A DNA stretch of 64,000 nucleotides from Candidatus Woesearchaeota archaeon (GCA_018655015.1 JABIKK010000009.1:751-64750), one strand, 5' to 3'. Counted from the first letter of the stretch, positions 29,975 to 40,404 are shown. The notes: generated by a model not told the origin, from the sequence alone. Translations and numbers: made by a program.

Positions 29975-30957
29975 ATGATCCGGTTCGCTCTGTTTTTGGT
30001 ATTGATGGATATGGTGGTGGGAGTGTAGCCCTAATGACTCCCGAGCTTGAAGAGTTAGTTAAGAGTGATTTTAACCTGGAAAAATTTAGAAGTTCCTTGC
30101 AAGAACATCAATCACATGAAGCAGAATTGCATAAGGAGATGGTTGCATCTGTTGAGTCCATTGAGGGATTTAATGAAGTTATTAAACGGGTTAAGAATAG
30201 GGCGGGTGGATTAAAGCCATTAAATCGTGGCCTCGTTAGGGCCTTGAAGTTCGGGCAAGGAAGGTTTTTTGGATTATTAAATGTGGGGGGAATTTTTACT
30301 AGAAGTTTAAACAGCTATAGCACGGAAGGTTTAGTTGCAAAGTATTGTGATTTCTTTGGAGAACATGCAAGAGACTTTGGTCAACTTTTTTTCCATGTTG
30401 TTGAGAGAGAAGGCAGACTTACAGATTATTCAAATGAATTAATCAGAAGAAATCAGTTTTATCTTGGATCTCAAGAAGCTTTGGATCAAGTAGTTGAAAA
30501 AAGATTAAGTGAAAAAGAAATATTATATGACGGTGTTGAAAGTTCTTCTGAAATATCTAGAGTTGCAAAGAAGGCACTGATTGATAGAGCAAAGTTACAA
30601 TGTAGTAGTGCAGCAGATTCTAGAAAAATTGCAGGCATGTTAATTACTGAAAATGAAAGGGCAGTTGAAGAAGTTGGTGGTTTGATTGAATGGTGTGGCG
30701 GAATGAAAAATGTTTTGGCACTTGGTAAGGAAAGAATGGATAATTATTGCAGGCATTTAGAAGAAACGATGGTTGCCTACTTGCAAGCAATTAGCATGAA
30801 TAGGTGTTTTAGGGATACAAACAATGCAGTTAGCGGGATGGCAAGTGTGATGCTTAGTGCTCAAGCTAGTGCAGATGAAGGGATAGATAATATTGTAGAT
30901 TTTGTTAAGCATAATGGGCTTTATGGTAAACCAATTAACTTCAAAGGATCATTGTAA
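29971..30957 (+). CDS. Hypothetical helical/coiled-coil protein
   Basis: 328 aa, heptad-like charged segments; ATGA overlap. Confidence 0.7.
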   Translation: MNDPVRSVFGIDGYGGGSVALMTPELEELVKSDFNLEKFRSSLQEHQSHEAELHKEMVASVESIEGFNEVIKRVKNRAGGLKPLNRGLVRALKFGQGRFFGLLNVGGIFTRSLNSYSTEGLVAKYCDFFGEHARDFGQLFFHVVEREGRLTDYSNELIRRNQFYLGSQEALDQVVEKRLSEKEILYDGVESSSEISRVAKKALIDRAKLQCSSAADSRKIAGMLITENERAVEEVGGLIEWCGGMKNVLALGKERMDNYCRHLEETMVAYLQAISMNRCFRDTNNAVSGMASVMLSAQASADEGIDNIVDFVKHNGLYGKPINFKGSL

Positions 30958-31547
30958 TGAACTTGGAAAAAATCGTTAGTGATTTAAACTTTATTTCTGG
31001 ACGTGAAAAAACTAAAACAGAGAATGTAACCTTGGATGTTGGGGCGGTTGAAGGTGTAAGGGGAGATGAATATGAAATAGCATTAATTGATAGAGGATTT
31101 GATTTGAAAATGCCTTTTGTTTTAAATAATGAAATTTCTCAGGTAGTTAGAAGTTTGTTTAATCCCGAGTTGGGCAAAGGTAAAAATGCTGTTTGTATTT
31201 TTGACTGGGTTGTAAAAAATATAAAATATGGTGAAAGGAGACGAGGACGTCAAGGTTATAGGAACAGTGTTGAAGTTTTTAGAGATCGTGAAGGGGTTTG
31301 TGGTGAAATGGCCACACTTTATTTGGTGATGATTAGAACTATAGGACTTAGAGGAAGTTTTGTTAATGTGGATGTAGACTACACTGGTAAAAGAGTTAAT
31401 CATGCCTGTGCTATGATTGATCTTTCTGGAAGATACGGAGGTTCTACTCTTGTCGATCCAGCGTATAGATCCTATGATGTTGCCCACAATAGAGTTAAGC
31501 CGTTGACTGATTTTGAAATATTTAAGATGTTTAACAAGTGGAATTGA
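30957..31547 (+). CDS. Transglutaminase-like domain protein
   Basis: IFDWVVKNIKY, GVCGEMA (Cys), NHAC (His), LVDPAY (Asp). Confidence 0.85.
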   Translation: MNLEKIVSDLNFISGREKTKTENVTLDVGAVEGVRGDEYEIALIDRGFDLKMPFVLNNEISQVVRSLFNPELGKGKNAVCIFDWVVKNIKYGERRRGRQGYRNSVEVFRDREGVCGEMATLYLVMIRTIGLRGSFVNVDVDYTGKRVNHACAMIDLSGRYGGSTLVDPAYRSYDVAHNRVKPLTDFEIFKMFNKWN

Positions 31548-31554
31548 GGAGTAT

Positions 31555-31959
31555 ATGTCTATCACAATAATCTATAAAAACTTTCCAGTACTAGATATTG
31601 AGATGATAGATGAATACACATATGGCTGTTTTGTTGTAGAAGGAAAGCAGTTCTTAGGGGATCTAAAAATACAAGGTAATAGGGCTAGATACTGGCAAGA
31701 CCTTGAAGATAGAGACCTTAAAGTAGCACATATTTCTGAGTTGTTGAAGGAAAACCCCGATGTCTTTGTGATAGGCACTGGTGCAGGTGGCTTGTTAAGG
31801 GTTAGTCAGGAAGTTCAAGATTATGTTCTTAGTTGGAAGTTGAATACTGGAATGAACCCCATAACTCACACTGTAAAAAATACTGAAGCAATTGGAATAA
31901 TCAATAATGCTGTTAAGACTGGTAAGAAAGTTTGTGCCGTATTGCCTAGTGGATGTTAA
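31555..31959 (+). CDS. Mth938-like (DUF498) protein
   Basis: PDVFVIGTGAGG.L, T.EA....N; GAGGAG RBS before ATG at 31555. Confidence 0.75.
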   Translation: MSITIIYKNFPVLDIEMIDEYTYGCFVVEGKQFLGDLKIQGNRARYWQDLEDRDLKVAHISELLKENPDVFVIGTGAGGLLRVSQEVQDYVLSWKLNTGMNPITHTVKNTEAIGIINNAVKTGKKVCAVLPSGC

Positions 31960-32000
31960 TCTTTTGTTTTTAAACTAATATTGGTGATAGGAATTAAATT

Positions 32001-32369
32001 ATGGAAGAAACTATTGAACTAAGAGCAATTCTAAGAAAGACTTTAGTTGATGCCATACCTGAATTGGATAGTGATGTTGATGAAAGTTTTATTCCCCCAA
32101 TTACTTTGAATTCTCTGGGATTTGTAATTAAATATTTAGATGAAAGGGATGGATCAATTCAAGATGCCCTGCCTATAAGACATATTCATTCGGCTGTTGT
32201 CCAAGGTGCTAAAGATATTACCCACGCATATCCTTTTGTTAGAAAAACTCCAGAAAAATTGAGTGAAAGTGAAAGAGAATTATATCCCTCATTAATAAAG
32301 GCTAGAGATGGGCTGAAAAAGGCTGGAAGAATTATTGAAGGTGTGTTTGGAAACAAATATAAAGCTTAA
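32001..32369 (+). CDS. Hypothetical protein
   Basis: 122 aa ORF with upstream GGTGA/AGGA. Confidence 0.6.
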   Translation: MEETIELRAILRKTLVDAIPELDSDVDESFIPPITLNSLGFVIKYLDERDGSIQDALPIRHIHSAVVQGAKDITHAYPFVRKTPEKLSESERELYPSLIKARDGLKKAGRIIEGVFGNKYKA

Positions 32370-32375
32370 TTCTGG

Positions 32376-32672
32376 TTGTTTGATATGGCAAGATTAATAT
32401 TTTTTGGAGATGAAAGATGTCCTTACTGTAAGAAGGCTTTGGATTCTTTAAGGGGTAAAGATTTTGAACATGTTTTAGTTCCTGTTGATATTCCAAGAGA
32501 AGAAAGAGCTGAAGTTCGTTATCTTGGTGGGGCTCCAGAAGCTAGAGGTAAAAGTTTTGGAGAACTTTTTGGCGGAGATTTGGGCATTCCTAAAGCTGTT
32601 CTAATTGTTGATGGAAAAGCTACAGTGCTAATGAGTTCTGATGAAGTAATAGAATACGCTTCTAAGTTATAA
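32376..32672 (+). CDS. Glutaredoxin-like protein
   Basis: CPYC motif, cis-Pro-like GIPK. Confidence 0.7.
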   Translation: MFDMARLIFFGDERCPYCKKALDSLRGKDFEHVLVPVDIPREERAEVRYLGGAPEARGKSFGELFGGDLGIPKAVLIVDGKATVLMSSDEVIEYASKL

Positions 32673-33048
32673 TTTTGTCTTCTGGGCATTCGCCTTCGGT
32701 CCAATGTGAAACAGTTTCGTCCTTACATGCATTACAACTATTAGAATATGTGTTTGCACAAGGGTAAACTAAACAATTTGTTGTTTCTTTAAACCATCCA
32801 CAAACTGGTTGATAAATTTCAATACATGCATCAACATTTCTTTGGTCGTTTGTACATTCTCCTTCTTCATATATTATTTCATCAAAAGGGGGACATTGTT
32901 CAAATTCGCAATTAGGCCCTGTTCTTCCAACCACACTTCCATCGGAACAAATCTTTCCTTCAGACGTACATGCTTGTTCAGATGGTTGAATTGTTGTACA
33001 ACTTGTTAAGATGAATGCTAATGTGAAAAGTAGGATTAAGTATTTCAT
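32662..33048 (-). CDS. Cys-rich lipoprotein with Kazal-like domain
   Basis: Lipobox LTSC; CTSEGKICSDGSVVGRTGPNCEFEQCP; CIEIYQPVCG...TYSNSCNAC...GEC. Confidence 0.8.
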   Translation of the reverse strand: MKYLILLFTLAFILTSCTTIQPSEQACTSEGKICSDGSVVGRTGPNCEFEQCPPFDEIIYEEGECTNDQRNVDACIEIYQPVCGWFKETTNCLVYPCANTYSNSCNACKDETVSHWTEGECPEDKIIT

Positions 33049-33079
33049 GTTTTTTTAGAGGTGTTAGTTGTTATTAAAT

Positions 33080-34252
33080 CTATAGTCCTAAAGCCTTAAT
33101 TAGGATTGTAGCGTATGAGCCTTTCTCTAGGTCGAATTTAATAGCTAACTTTGTTTTTCTTTCATTTAGATCGTCTTTTTCCTCGGGAATTAGTTCTAGA
33201 TTTTTAGGAACGATGATTAACTTTCTGTTTCTTGTTTTGAAGAATAGTGTCCCTATTTTTTTTACCTTTAATTCTTCTTGCTTAATTCCTTCTTTTGAGA
33301 GAATCTTTTCTATTACTGCCCTCGTGTAATCATCTTTTATTACCGTATTTGGTGCGATCATTGGGAGTTCTAGTTCTAAAATTTCATTAAGTTGTTCTTT
33401 CTTTATTTCTTTATAAAAATGTAATTTTCCTGCAGCATAATCCAGAGGTATTAGTTCTTCTGTTTTTTCTTTTAGAATTAAACTTAAGCATTTATTCCAA
33501 ATGTAACTTTGGTATGCTGAAACCAATATTTCTTGTTTTAGTTTGTTTATTTTTCTAAACGCTTGTAAGTAATTATTTGGGTTTCTTGTTAAATAGTAAA
33601 CTATTTTCTTTTCTTCATCTAATTTTTGGAAAGGCTGTAAATGTCCAAGACATTTCATCCATTTATTCCAACTTTTGTAAATCAACTTATGTGCTTCGTT
33701 CTTTTCTGAAGATCTGTTATTTTCTGATGTTAGATATAACTTCAGTGCAGTTTCATAATCATCTTTCATTAATCTTTTTGCAATGAACCCTTCTCTACTT
33801 AGGTCTTCTCCAAACCTCTGAGAGTCGAAGTAATTAGGAATTCCAGAAATTTTTATTTTTTTTACGTTTGATTTTATTTTTTCTACATCTTTTTTTGATA
33901 AATCTCTTAATGTTACTGTAAATTTATTGCCCTTTAGGTCTCCACTTTTTAATGGTTTTAGAGAACATCCTATTTTTTTTAATGCAATAGACGGGGTTTG
34001 GAAGTCTGTCCTATCTGTTCTGTTTGTTTTTATTGAAATTAGTTGGGTTGTTACTGCGATTTTATCTTTTATTCCTGCGTGGTCTATCTCTCTATAGGAA
34101 ACTTTTAGCTTTCTTGCAATTGTTTTTTTAGCCTGGACTAAGTCTATATCTCTTTTCTTTAGTTCGAAGATAGTGTAAGGCCCATTCTTCTTCAACTTAA
34201 CTAATGGGATTTCCTCTACTTCAAAGTCCTCTGGGATCTGCTTTATTCTCAT
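33080..34252 (-). CDS. truD: tRNA pseudouridine(13) synthase TruD
   Basis: IKQIPEDFEVEE, AGIKDKIAVTTQ, GNKF, PNYFDSQRFG, KGSYAT. Confidence 0.93.
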   Translation of the reverse strand: MRIKQIPEDFEVEEIPLVKLKKNGPYTIFELKKRDIDLVQAKKTIARKLKVSYREIDHAGIKDKIAVTTQLISIKTNRTDRTDFQTPSIALKKIGCSLKPLKSGDLKGNKFTVTLRDLSKKDVEKIKSNVKKIKISGIPNYFDSQRFGEDLSREGFIAKRLMKDDYETALKLYLTSENNRSSEKNEAHKLIYKSWNKWMKCLGHLQPFQKLDEEKKIVYYLTRNPNNYLQAFRKINKLKQEILVSAYQSYIWNKCLSLILKEKTEELIPLDYAAGKLHFYKEIKKEQLNEILELELPMIAPNTVIKDDYTRAVIEKILSKEGIKQEELKVKKIGTLFFKTRNRKLIIVPKNLELIPEEKDDLNERKTKLAIKFDLEKGSYATILIKALGL

Positions 34253-34336
34253 TTTTTAGAGGGAAATTTAGTAGTTTATAAATTGTTATAAGGCATCAAA
34301 CTAGGATTTATATACCTCTATAAGTGTCTAAGAGGT

Positions 34337-35104
34337 GTGAAGGACCTAATCTATATTGCTGGACCGTGTGCTGTTGAAAGCTTAGATCAAATAATGAGTA
34401 TAGGTAGGGCTGTGAAAGATGTGGGAGCTACGCATCTTAGATTTATGTTATACAAACCAAGGACCAATCCTGGGAGTTTTCAGGGAGTGGGTGATGAAGG
34501 CCTTGGTTGGACAGGGGAAGTTAGAGAGAATGTGGGTTTACCACTTGTTACAGAGGTTTTAGATACAAGGGACGTTAGAAAACTTGCAGATTATTTTGAT
34601 ATTTTGCAAATAGGTAGTAGGAATTCTCAGAACTTTGCACTCATTAAAGAAGTTGGGAATGTTGCAAGAGAACTTGGCGTAGGAGTTATTCTAAAAAGAG
34701 GAGCAAGTAACACTGTTGATGAATGGTGGGGTGCATATAATTATCTTGAAATGGATCCTGTGAATCCTGGAGAAGTTTATATGTGTGAAAGGGGTGTTAG
34801 GTCTGCAACAAATCCTGGCCCAAAAGGAAATATTTTGGATTTGAGTGCTGTCCCTCTTCTCAATACAGTTTGTCACAATGTAATTGTTGATCCAAGTCAT
34901 GGTACTGGAAAAAGCTCTTTAGTTGAACGCATGTCTCTTGCTGCAGTTGCTGCTGGTGCCGATGGTTTGGAAATTGAAGTCCATACTAACCCATTAAAAT
35001 CAAAAAGTGATCCTTACCAAGCTATAACTCCTGATGAATTTGGTGAAGTTGTAAGGAAATGCAACATATTTAGACGAGCTTTTGAAGAAGCCTACAGGGA
35101 ATAA
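34337..35104 (+). CDS. aroF: DAHP synthase, class I-beta (catalytic domain only)
   Basis: IAGPCAVES, KPRT.P.SFQG, QIGSRNSQNF, LKRG, CERG, DPSHGTG, EVH, SD. Confidence 0.85.
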   Translation: MKDLIYIAGPCAVESLDQIMSIGRAVKDVGATHLRFMLYKPRTNPGSFQGVGDEGLGWTGEVRENVGLPLVTEVLDTRDVRKLADYFDILQIGSRNSQNFALIKEVGNVARELGVGVILKRGASNTVDEWWGAYNYLEMDPVNPGEVYMCERGVRSATNPGPKGNILDLSAVPLLNTVCHNVIVDPSHGTGKSSLVERMSLAAVAAGADGLEIEVHTNPLKSKSDPYQAITPDEFGEVVRKCNIFRRAFEEAYRE

Positions 35105-35183
35105 TATTAATACTCTTTTGAGACAAGCAAAGCAAAGTATATTTTGCATTGGATAAACATTTAATAGTTTCTTTTGTTCTTGG

Positions 35184-36776
35184 ATGTTTATGAGTCCTGG
35201 TTGCAAGTTTATTATTGTTACTGGGGGAGTTTTATCTGGGCTGGGCAAAGGTGTTGCTGCTGCCTCTATTGGACATTTGTTAGCAGATGGTAGAAAGATT
35301 GTTCCAATTAAGTTAGATGGTTATTTGAATGTTGATCCTGGAACAATGAATCCTATTGAACATGGTGAAGTTTTTGTTTTAGATGATGGTTCTGAAGTTG
35401 ATATGGACTTTGGGCATTATGAAAGATTCTTAGGTATTAAATGTAAATCTGAATGGAATTTAACTATGGGGAAAGTGTTTGATGAGATTAGGAAAAAGGA
35501 AAGAAGGGGAGATTTTCTTGGAAAAACTGTGCAGTACATACCACATGTAACTGGATTTATTAAAAATAAATTTCATGAAATCAGTGGAAAAGAAAATGCA
35601 GATGTTATGTTAATTGAAGTTGGTGGGACAGTTGGAGATATTGAGAATGAACTTTATATTGAAGCCTGTAGACAATTGAAGAAGGACGTTGGAAAAGATA
35701 ATGTTTTGTATGTGCATTTGACATATGTTCCTATTCCTTCTGGGGTCTGTGAGCAAAAATCTAAACCTACACAACAATCTGTTAACCAGTTAAGAAGTAG
35801 GGGGATTAATCCAGATATTATTATTGGAAGATGTAGTCAACATTTAACACCAAATGTAAAAGAGAAAATTGCAACATTCTGTGATATTGATAAGAATGCT
35901 GTTATTACTGGGCTAGATGTGAATAATATTTATGACATTCCTAAAGTATTTCACTCTGAGGGTGTTGGTAAAATAGTTGGTGAACACTTTGGTTTTGGTG
36001 AATTGCCGTATAATTCTTTTTGGAAAGAAACTCTTGAGAAAGAAGCTGATAAGAAAATCAAGGTTGCAATTTGTGGAAAATATACGAGTTTAGGGGATTC
36101 CTATGCATCTGTTATTGAGGCTTTAGATCATGCTGGGGCTAATTTAGGCACTAAGATTGAGCCTGTTTGGATTGAAACAACTGATGTTGAGAATGGGGAA
36201 GTTAACCATAAGATGATGGGGATTGATGGAGTAATTGTTCCTGGAGGATTTGGTTCAAGAGGTTCTGAGGGTAAAATTAATGTGATTAAACATTGTAGGG
36301 AAAATAATATTCCATTCTTAGGTCTTTGTTATGGTATGCAGTTGGCTGTTGTTGATTATGCAAGGAATGTTGCAGGTTTAAGTGGAGCAAATAGTTCTGA
36401 AGTTGAACCCAAGACACCTAATCCTGTAATTGATTTATTGCCTGAACAAAAAGATGTTTCTGAAAAAGGTGCTACAATGAGACTTGGCGGATATGATATT
36501 AATGTTAAAGAAGGAAGTTTAGCTGAAGGAATTTATGGAAAACTTGCAAGATTAAGATTTAGACATAGGTGGGAAATTAATCCAGATTATGTAGAGAAAC
36601 TAAAAAATGCAGGACTTGTTTTTTCTGGTTATTCGCCCGATGAAAGAATAATGCAAATATTAGAATTGCCTGAACATAAATTCTTTATGGCAACGCAAGC
36701 TCATCCAGAATTAACTTCCAAATTAGAAAAGCCAGATGGATTGTTTTTTAATTTTGTTAAAAGTTGTTTGAATTAA
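35184..36776 (+). CDS. pyrG: CTP synthase
   Basis: VTGGVLSGLGKG, NVDPGTMNP.EHGEV, KSKPTQQSV, GLCYGMQ, RHRWE, HPE. Confidence 0.97.
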   Translation: MFMSPGCKFIIVTGGVLSGLGKGVAAASIGHLLADGRKIVPIKLDGYLNVDPGTMNPIEHGEVFVLDDGSEVDMDFGHYERFLGIKCKSEWNLTMGKVFDEIRKKERRGDFLGKTVQYIPHVTGFIKNKFHEISGKENADVMLIEVGGTVGDIENELYIEACRQLKKDVGKDNVLYVHLTYVPIPSGVCEQKSKPTQQSVNQLRSRGINPDIIIGRCSQHLTPNVKEKIATFCDIDKNAVITGLDVNNIYDIPKVFHSEGVGKIVGEHFGFGELPYNSFWKETLEKEADKKIKVAICGKYTSLGDSYASVIEALDHAGANLGTKIEPVWIETTDVENGEVNHKMMGIDGVIVPGGFGSRGSEGKINVIKHCRENNIPFLGLCYGMQLAVVDYARNVAGLSGANSSEVEPKTPNPVIDLLPEQKDVSEKGATMRLGGYDINVKEGSLAEGIYGKLARLRFRHRWEINPDYVEKLKNAGLVFSGYSPDERIMQILELPEHKFFMATQAHPELTSKLEKPDGLFFNFVKSCLN

Positions 36777-37175
36777 TTATCTTTTTGTGTAGTGTTTATC
36801 TCTTGGAGGAGAAACGCAAAAATATCCAAATTCTTTAAAAGCTCTTGGAGGTTCTTCCCTTGTATTAAATGCCCTAGAATCTTTTGCTGAATAGGTGTAT
36901 CTGTTTCCGCCAACTTCTATACTGGTGGGGGCACACCCATGTTCGATAATTATTCTGGGGTTGATTCCTTTAATTTTTAAACCTGGTTGCATTGATTCCC
37001 AATCTGATACAGAATCTAACCTTTGTAATGAAGCAGATAGAACAAGATCAGTCAGGTCTTTTTGTCCGTTAGGAAGAAAAAATCTAAATTTAACACTTCT
37101 TGGGACCGAAGGACTATTTGTTGCCTTTTCAGCTCCATGACCATTTCCATTCCTAAATAAATTCATATCAAACAC
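36777..37175 (-). CDS. Hypothetical protein
   Basis: ~130 aa ORF abutting the pyrG stop. Confidence 0.55.
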   Translation of the reverse strand: MFDMNLFRNGNGHGAEKATNSPSVPRSVKFRFFLPNGQKDLTDLVLSASLQRLDSVSDWESMQPGLKIKGINPRIIIEHGCAPTSIEVGGNRYTYSAKDSRAFNTREEPPRAFKEFGYFCVSPPRDKHYTKR

Positions 37176-37240
37176 TTCATGTAATTACTAGAACCATTCT
37201 GTAGTTGTAACTGGTATATAAATTTTATGAAGAAAAAATG

Positions 37241-37256
37241 TGGCGGTTGGACCGCC
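37241..37256 (-). terminator. Hairpin terminator after doxX
   Basis: GGCGGT-TGG-ACCGCC inverted repeat, followed by a T-run on the minus strand. Confidence 0.55.
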
Positions 37257-37263
37257 GGTTTGT

Positions 37264-37650
37264 TTATTCTTTACTGACTGCGAAACTTCCATTACCGGTG
37301 TATCTTAATAAATTAAGTCCTGCAATAGCTCCAAGTCTGAATAGAATATCTATCATTCTCATTGGATTTTCAACGTCTTTAATGTGGACTGTTAAAATCG
37401 CAACTGCTAGAATGATTATTAATGGCCATACTGCATATTTAACCTTGAATCCTACGACAAGTGCGATTCCGAAAACAATTTCTGAAAGGATTAAAATCCA
37501 TCCAAATAAAGCTGCACTTGGGAAACCGAGGCCACCTAGCATGCCAATGATCATATCTGGATTCATTAGTTTAGAAATTCCTGGAATTAGGAATAATAAA
37601 CCGAGTAGTACTCTCATGAATGTTATTGAATTGTCATTTCCATTACTCAT
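37264..37650 (-). CDS. DoxX-family membrane protein
   Basis: RVLLGLLFL.PG.SKL, E...G.AL..GF....A, G.G.F.V. Confidence 0.88.
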   Translation of the reverse strand: MSNGNDNSITFMRVLLGLLFLIPGISKLMNPDMIIGMLGGLGFPSAALFGWILILSEIVFGIALVVGFKVKYAVWPLIIILAVAILTVHIKDVENPMRMIDILFRLGAIAGLNLLRYTGNGSFAVSKE

Positions 37651-37782
37651 AGCTCTCCCCCCTTAATTGATACTTATCATTAGTTATCTCCCTTTAAAAA
37701 TGTTATATTTAACTTAACAATGGTTTTATAATTTGTTTATAAATGGACAAAATTTATATATCTTAATTGCTTAAATAAATAA

Positions 37783-39267
37783 ATGGGGGTTGAAAAGATT
37801 AGGGCAAGATGGCCATCTAGATTTGTATTTATTTTAGCTGCTGTTGGTTCTGCAGTTGGTTTAGGTAATTTATGGCGTTTTCCATATTTAACGTATAAGT
37901 ATGGTGGTGGTGCTTTCTTAATTCCTTATTTGATTGCTTTGTTTGTTATTGGTTTTCCCTTATTGATATTAGAATTTGCTTTAGGTCAGAAGATTCAAAG
38001 AGCTGCAGTTGATGCATTTGCAAGTGTTAAGAAACAGTTTGCTGGTGTTGCATGGTGGGCTTTATTTTCTGGATTTTTAGTTATAACTTATTATGCAGTT
38101 GTTATGGCTTGGGCGTTGAAGTATTTAGCTTCTTCATTAAGCGTTGCTTGGTCTGGAAATAGTGAAGGATTTTTCTTTAATAATGTTTTAGGCTTAAGTG
38201 AGTCTGCGGCAGTACTTGGTGGAATACAATGGCCGTTGTTTTTTGCTTTAATTTTAGTTTGGTTAATGATTTATTTCTCTGTGTTTAAAGGTGTGAAGAG
38301 TGTTGGTAAGGTTGTTTTAATTACAATGCCTGTGCCAATTATATTATTATTTGTTTTATTGTTTAGGGCTTTGACTTTGGAAGGTGCTGGAACTGGACTT
38401 TATTATTTTTTAATCCCAAACTTTGCTGCATTGCTTGATCCACAAGTATGGGTTGCTGCATTTTCACAAATATTCTTTACGTTAACTTTAGCCTTTGGTG
38501 TGATGGTGGCGTATGCTAGTTTTAATGATAGACATCAAGATGTTTCTGGAAACGCTTTATGGACTGCAGTAATTAATTCATTAGTTAGTATTGTTTCTGG
38601 ATTTGTTGTGTTTGCAACATTAGGATTTATGTCTATGTCTAAAGGTGTGGGTGTGCCTGATGTTGTTGCTAGTGGTCCTAGTTTAGCTTTTGTTGTATTT
38701 CCTGAAGCATTATCTTTGATGCCATGGGCTCCTTTTTTCTCGGTGTTGTTTTTCTTGACATTGTTAATGTTAGGAATTGATAGTGCATTTTCAATTGTTG
38801 AAGCTATTGCTGCTGCGTTGAAAGATAAGTTTGGAAAAATTAGGCGTGAAAGGTTGACATTCTATATTTGTTCTATTGGATTTTTACTTGGTATAATTTA
38901 TACGACTGGTGCCGGATTGTATTTCTTAGATATTGTAGATCATTTTGTTACTAATATTGCGATATTAACTGTTGGAATTTTACAATGTATTATGATTGGA
39001 TGGGTTTATGGTACTGCAAGGTTAAGAAGATACATTAATAGGGTTTCCAAATTTCAGATAGGTAAATGGTGGGATGTTTGTATTAAATATGTAACTCCAT
39101 TGATATTATTAACATTATTAATATTCCAATTGTATACTGAGTTTACAACCCCTTACGAAGGATATCCAACTTGGGCATTATTGGTTGGATGGGGAGCTGT
39201 ATTGATACCATTAGTAATTGCTTTCTTGATTCCTCAAGCAGAAGTTCTTATTGACGATGAGGATTAA
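37783..39267 (+). CDS. Sodium-dependent transporter (NSS/SNF family)
   Basis: GSAVGLGNLWRFPY..Y.YGGGAFLIPY, QIFFTL, GPSLAFVVFP, LGIDS. Confidence 0.95.
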   Translation: MGVEKIRARWPSRFVFILAAVGSAVGLGNLWRFPYLTYKYGGGAFLIPYLIALFVIGFPLLILEFALGQKIQRAAVDAFASVKKQFAGVAWWALFSGFLVITYYAVVMAWALKYLASSLSVAWSGNSEGFFFNNVLGLSESAAVLGGIQWPLFFALILVWLMIYFSVFKGVKSVGKVVLITMPVPIILLFVLLFRALTLEGAGTGLYYFLIPNFAALLDPQVWVAAFSQIFFTLTLAFGVMVAYASFNDRHQDVSGNALWTAVINSLVSIVSGFVVFATLGFMSMSKGVGVPDVVASGPSLAFVVFPEALSLMPWAPFFSVLFFLTLLMLGIDSAFSIVEAIAAALKDKFGKIRRERLTFYICSIGFLLGIIYTTGAGLYFLDIVDHFVTNIAILTVGILQCIMIGWVYGTARLRRYINRVSKFQIGKWWDVCIKYVTPLILLTLLIFQLYTEFTTPYEGYPTWALLVGWGAVLIPLVIAFLIPQAEVLIDDED

Positions 39268-39355
39268 TTTGAGTTATTTCTTTTCTCTTACATTTATGTG
39301 ATGTTTCACCTTAGAATCTTGCTATTAATTCTCTTTAAATATATTTAGTTTAGAA

Positions 39356-39673
39356 TTAAGCGGCGCGTTCTTTTATTTCGTATAGGTGATTTAGAACCCC
39401 TTGCCTATTTGAGAATGTGTTTCCATCATCGTGTTTAAATGCATGAGTCATTTGTCTGTGATATGATGCTAATTCCATATAGACTGTAGAATTTGGTATT
39501 TCTCTTTTTTTATCGGGTTGTAATGTTCTTCTGAACACTTCTGCAATACCACTTAAATTCAATTCTGGTTGTTCCTCTATGAAAGAAATTAAAGTGTCTA
39601 CCTTGATAAGATCTCTTTCTTTCCTAACTTTTTTTGGATCTACGCCAGGGTTTAGTCTTGGATTTAAAGTCAT
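39356..39673 (-). CDS. Hypothetical protein
   Basis: 105 aa ORF with upstream TTTATAAATA box. Confidence 0.55.
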   Translation of the reverse strand: MTLNPRLNPGVDPKKVRKERDLIKVDTLISFIEEQPELNLSGIAEVFRRTLQPDKKREIPNSTVYMELASYHRQMTHAFKHDDGNTFSNRQGVLNHLYEIKERAA

Positions 39674-39757
39674 CTTAAATAAGTTAAGAACTTAAACTAT
39701 TTATAAATTTAGTTTATTTTTCAATAGAGACGAAAATATATCTCCGAAGTATCTGAA

Positions 39758-40252
39758 TTAAAAAACCGGCCGTCCTAATAAATACCCCATCACTTCCATG
39801 GTTCCATTGAATGAACTTCCGCCTGATCTGAACCCTAATTTTTCGTAGAGTCTACGGGCTTCAATGTTCTTTTTTGAAACCGATAATGCAACCATATCTT
39901 TATTTTCTACTTTTGCACGAGCGATACAATCTTTGATTAGACGTGTCCCAATTCCTCTACTTTTTACTTCTGCAATAACCCAATCAATTGTTGTTCTTTC
40001 TCCGTTTAAACTGTCAAACCCCTCTATTAGTAACCCATCTAATGATTCATCTGTGAAATGTGCTACGAATCTGTTTTTGGAATTAGTGCCTAGGTTTCTT
40101 TCGATATATTCTTCAGTGTATTTGTTTTTAGATCTCTCTAGTGGAGACTCATCATACAAATGTCTTACATCCCTTAGTGCTTTATGGAACATAGCTACGT
40201 AGTCAGGAACTAATACTGCATCATCTGAGACTAATATTCTACAAGTTTGCAT
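39758..40252 (-). CDS. GNAT-family acetyltransferase
   Basis: SRGIGTRLI acetyl-CoA motif, N.EARRLYEKLGF. Confidence 0.88.
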   Translation of the reverse strand: MQTCRILVSDDAVLVPDYVAMFHKALRDVRHLYDESPLERSKNKYTEEYIERNLGTNSKNRFVAHFTDESLDGLLIEGFDSLNGERTTIDWVIAEVKSRGIGTRLIKDCIARAKVENKDMVALSVSKKNIEARRLYEKLGFRSGGSSFNGTMEVMGYLLGRPVF

Positions 40253-40404
40253 AAATTTGTTGTTTAAAGTTAGAATAAAAGGCTTTGGATGTTGTGGGTG
40301 GCAGAGTTAAGACTTAACAAGTCTTAAGGTGGGATTCATTTCACAGGAATATTTATAATCTTTCAGTAATTGTTCATATTATTGAATATTAAAAAAGGTG
40401 ATGA

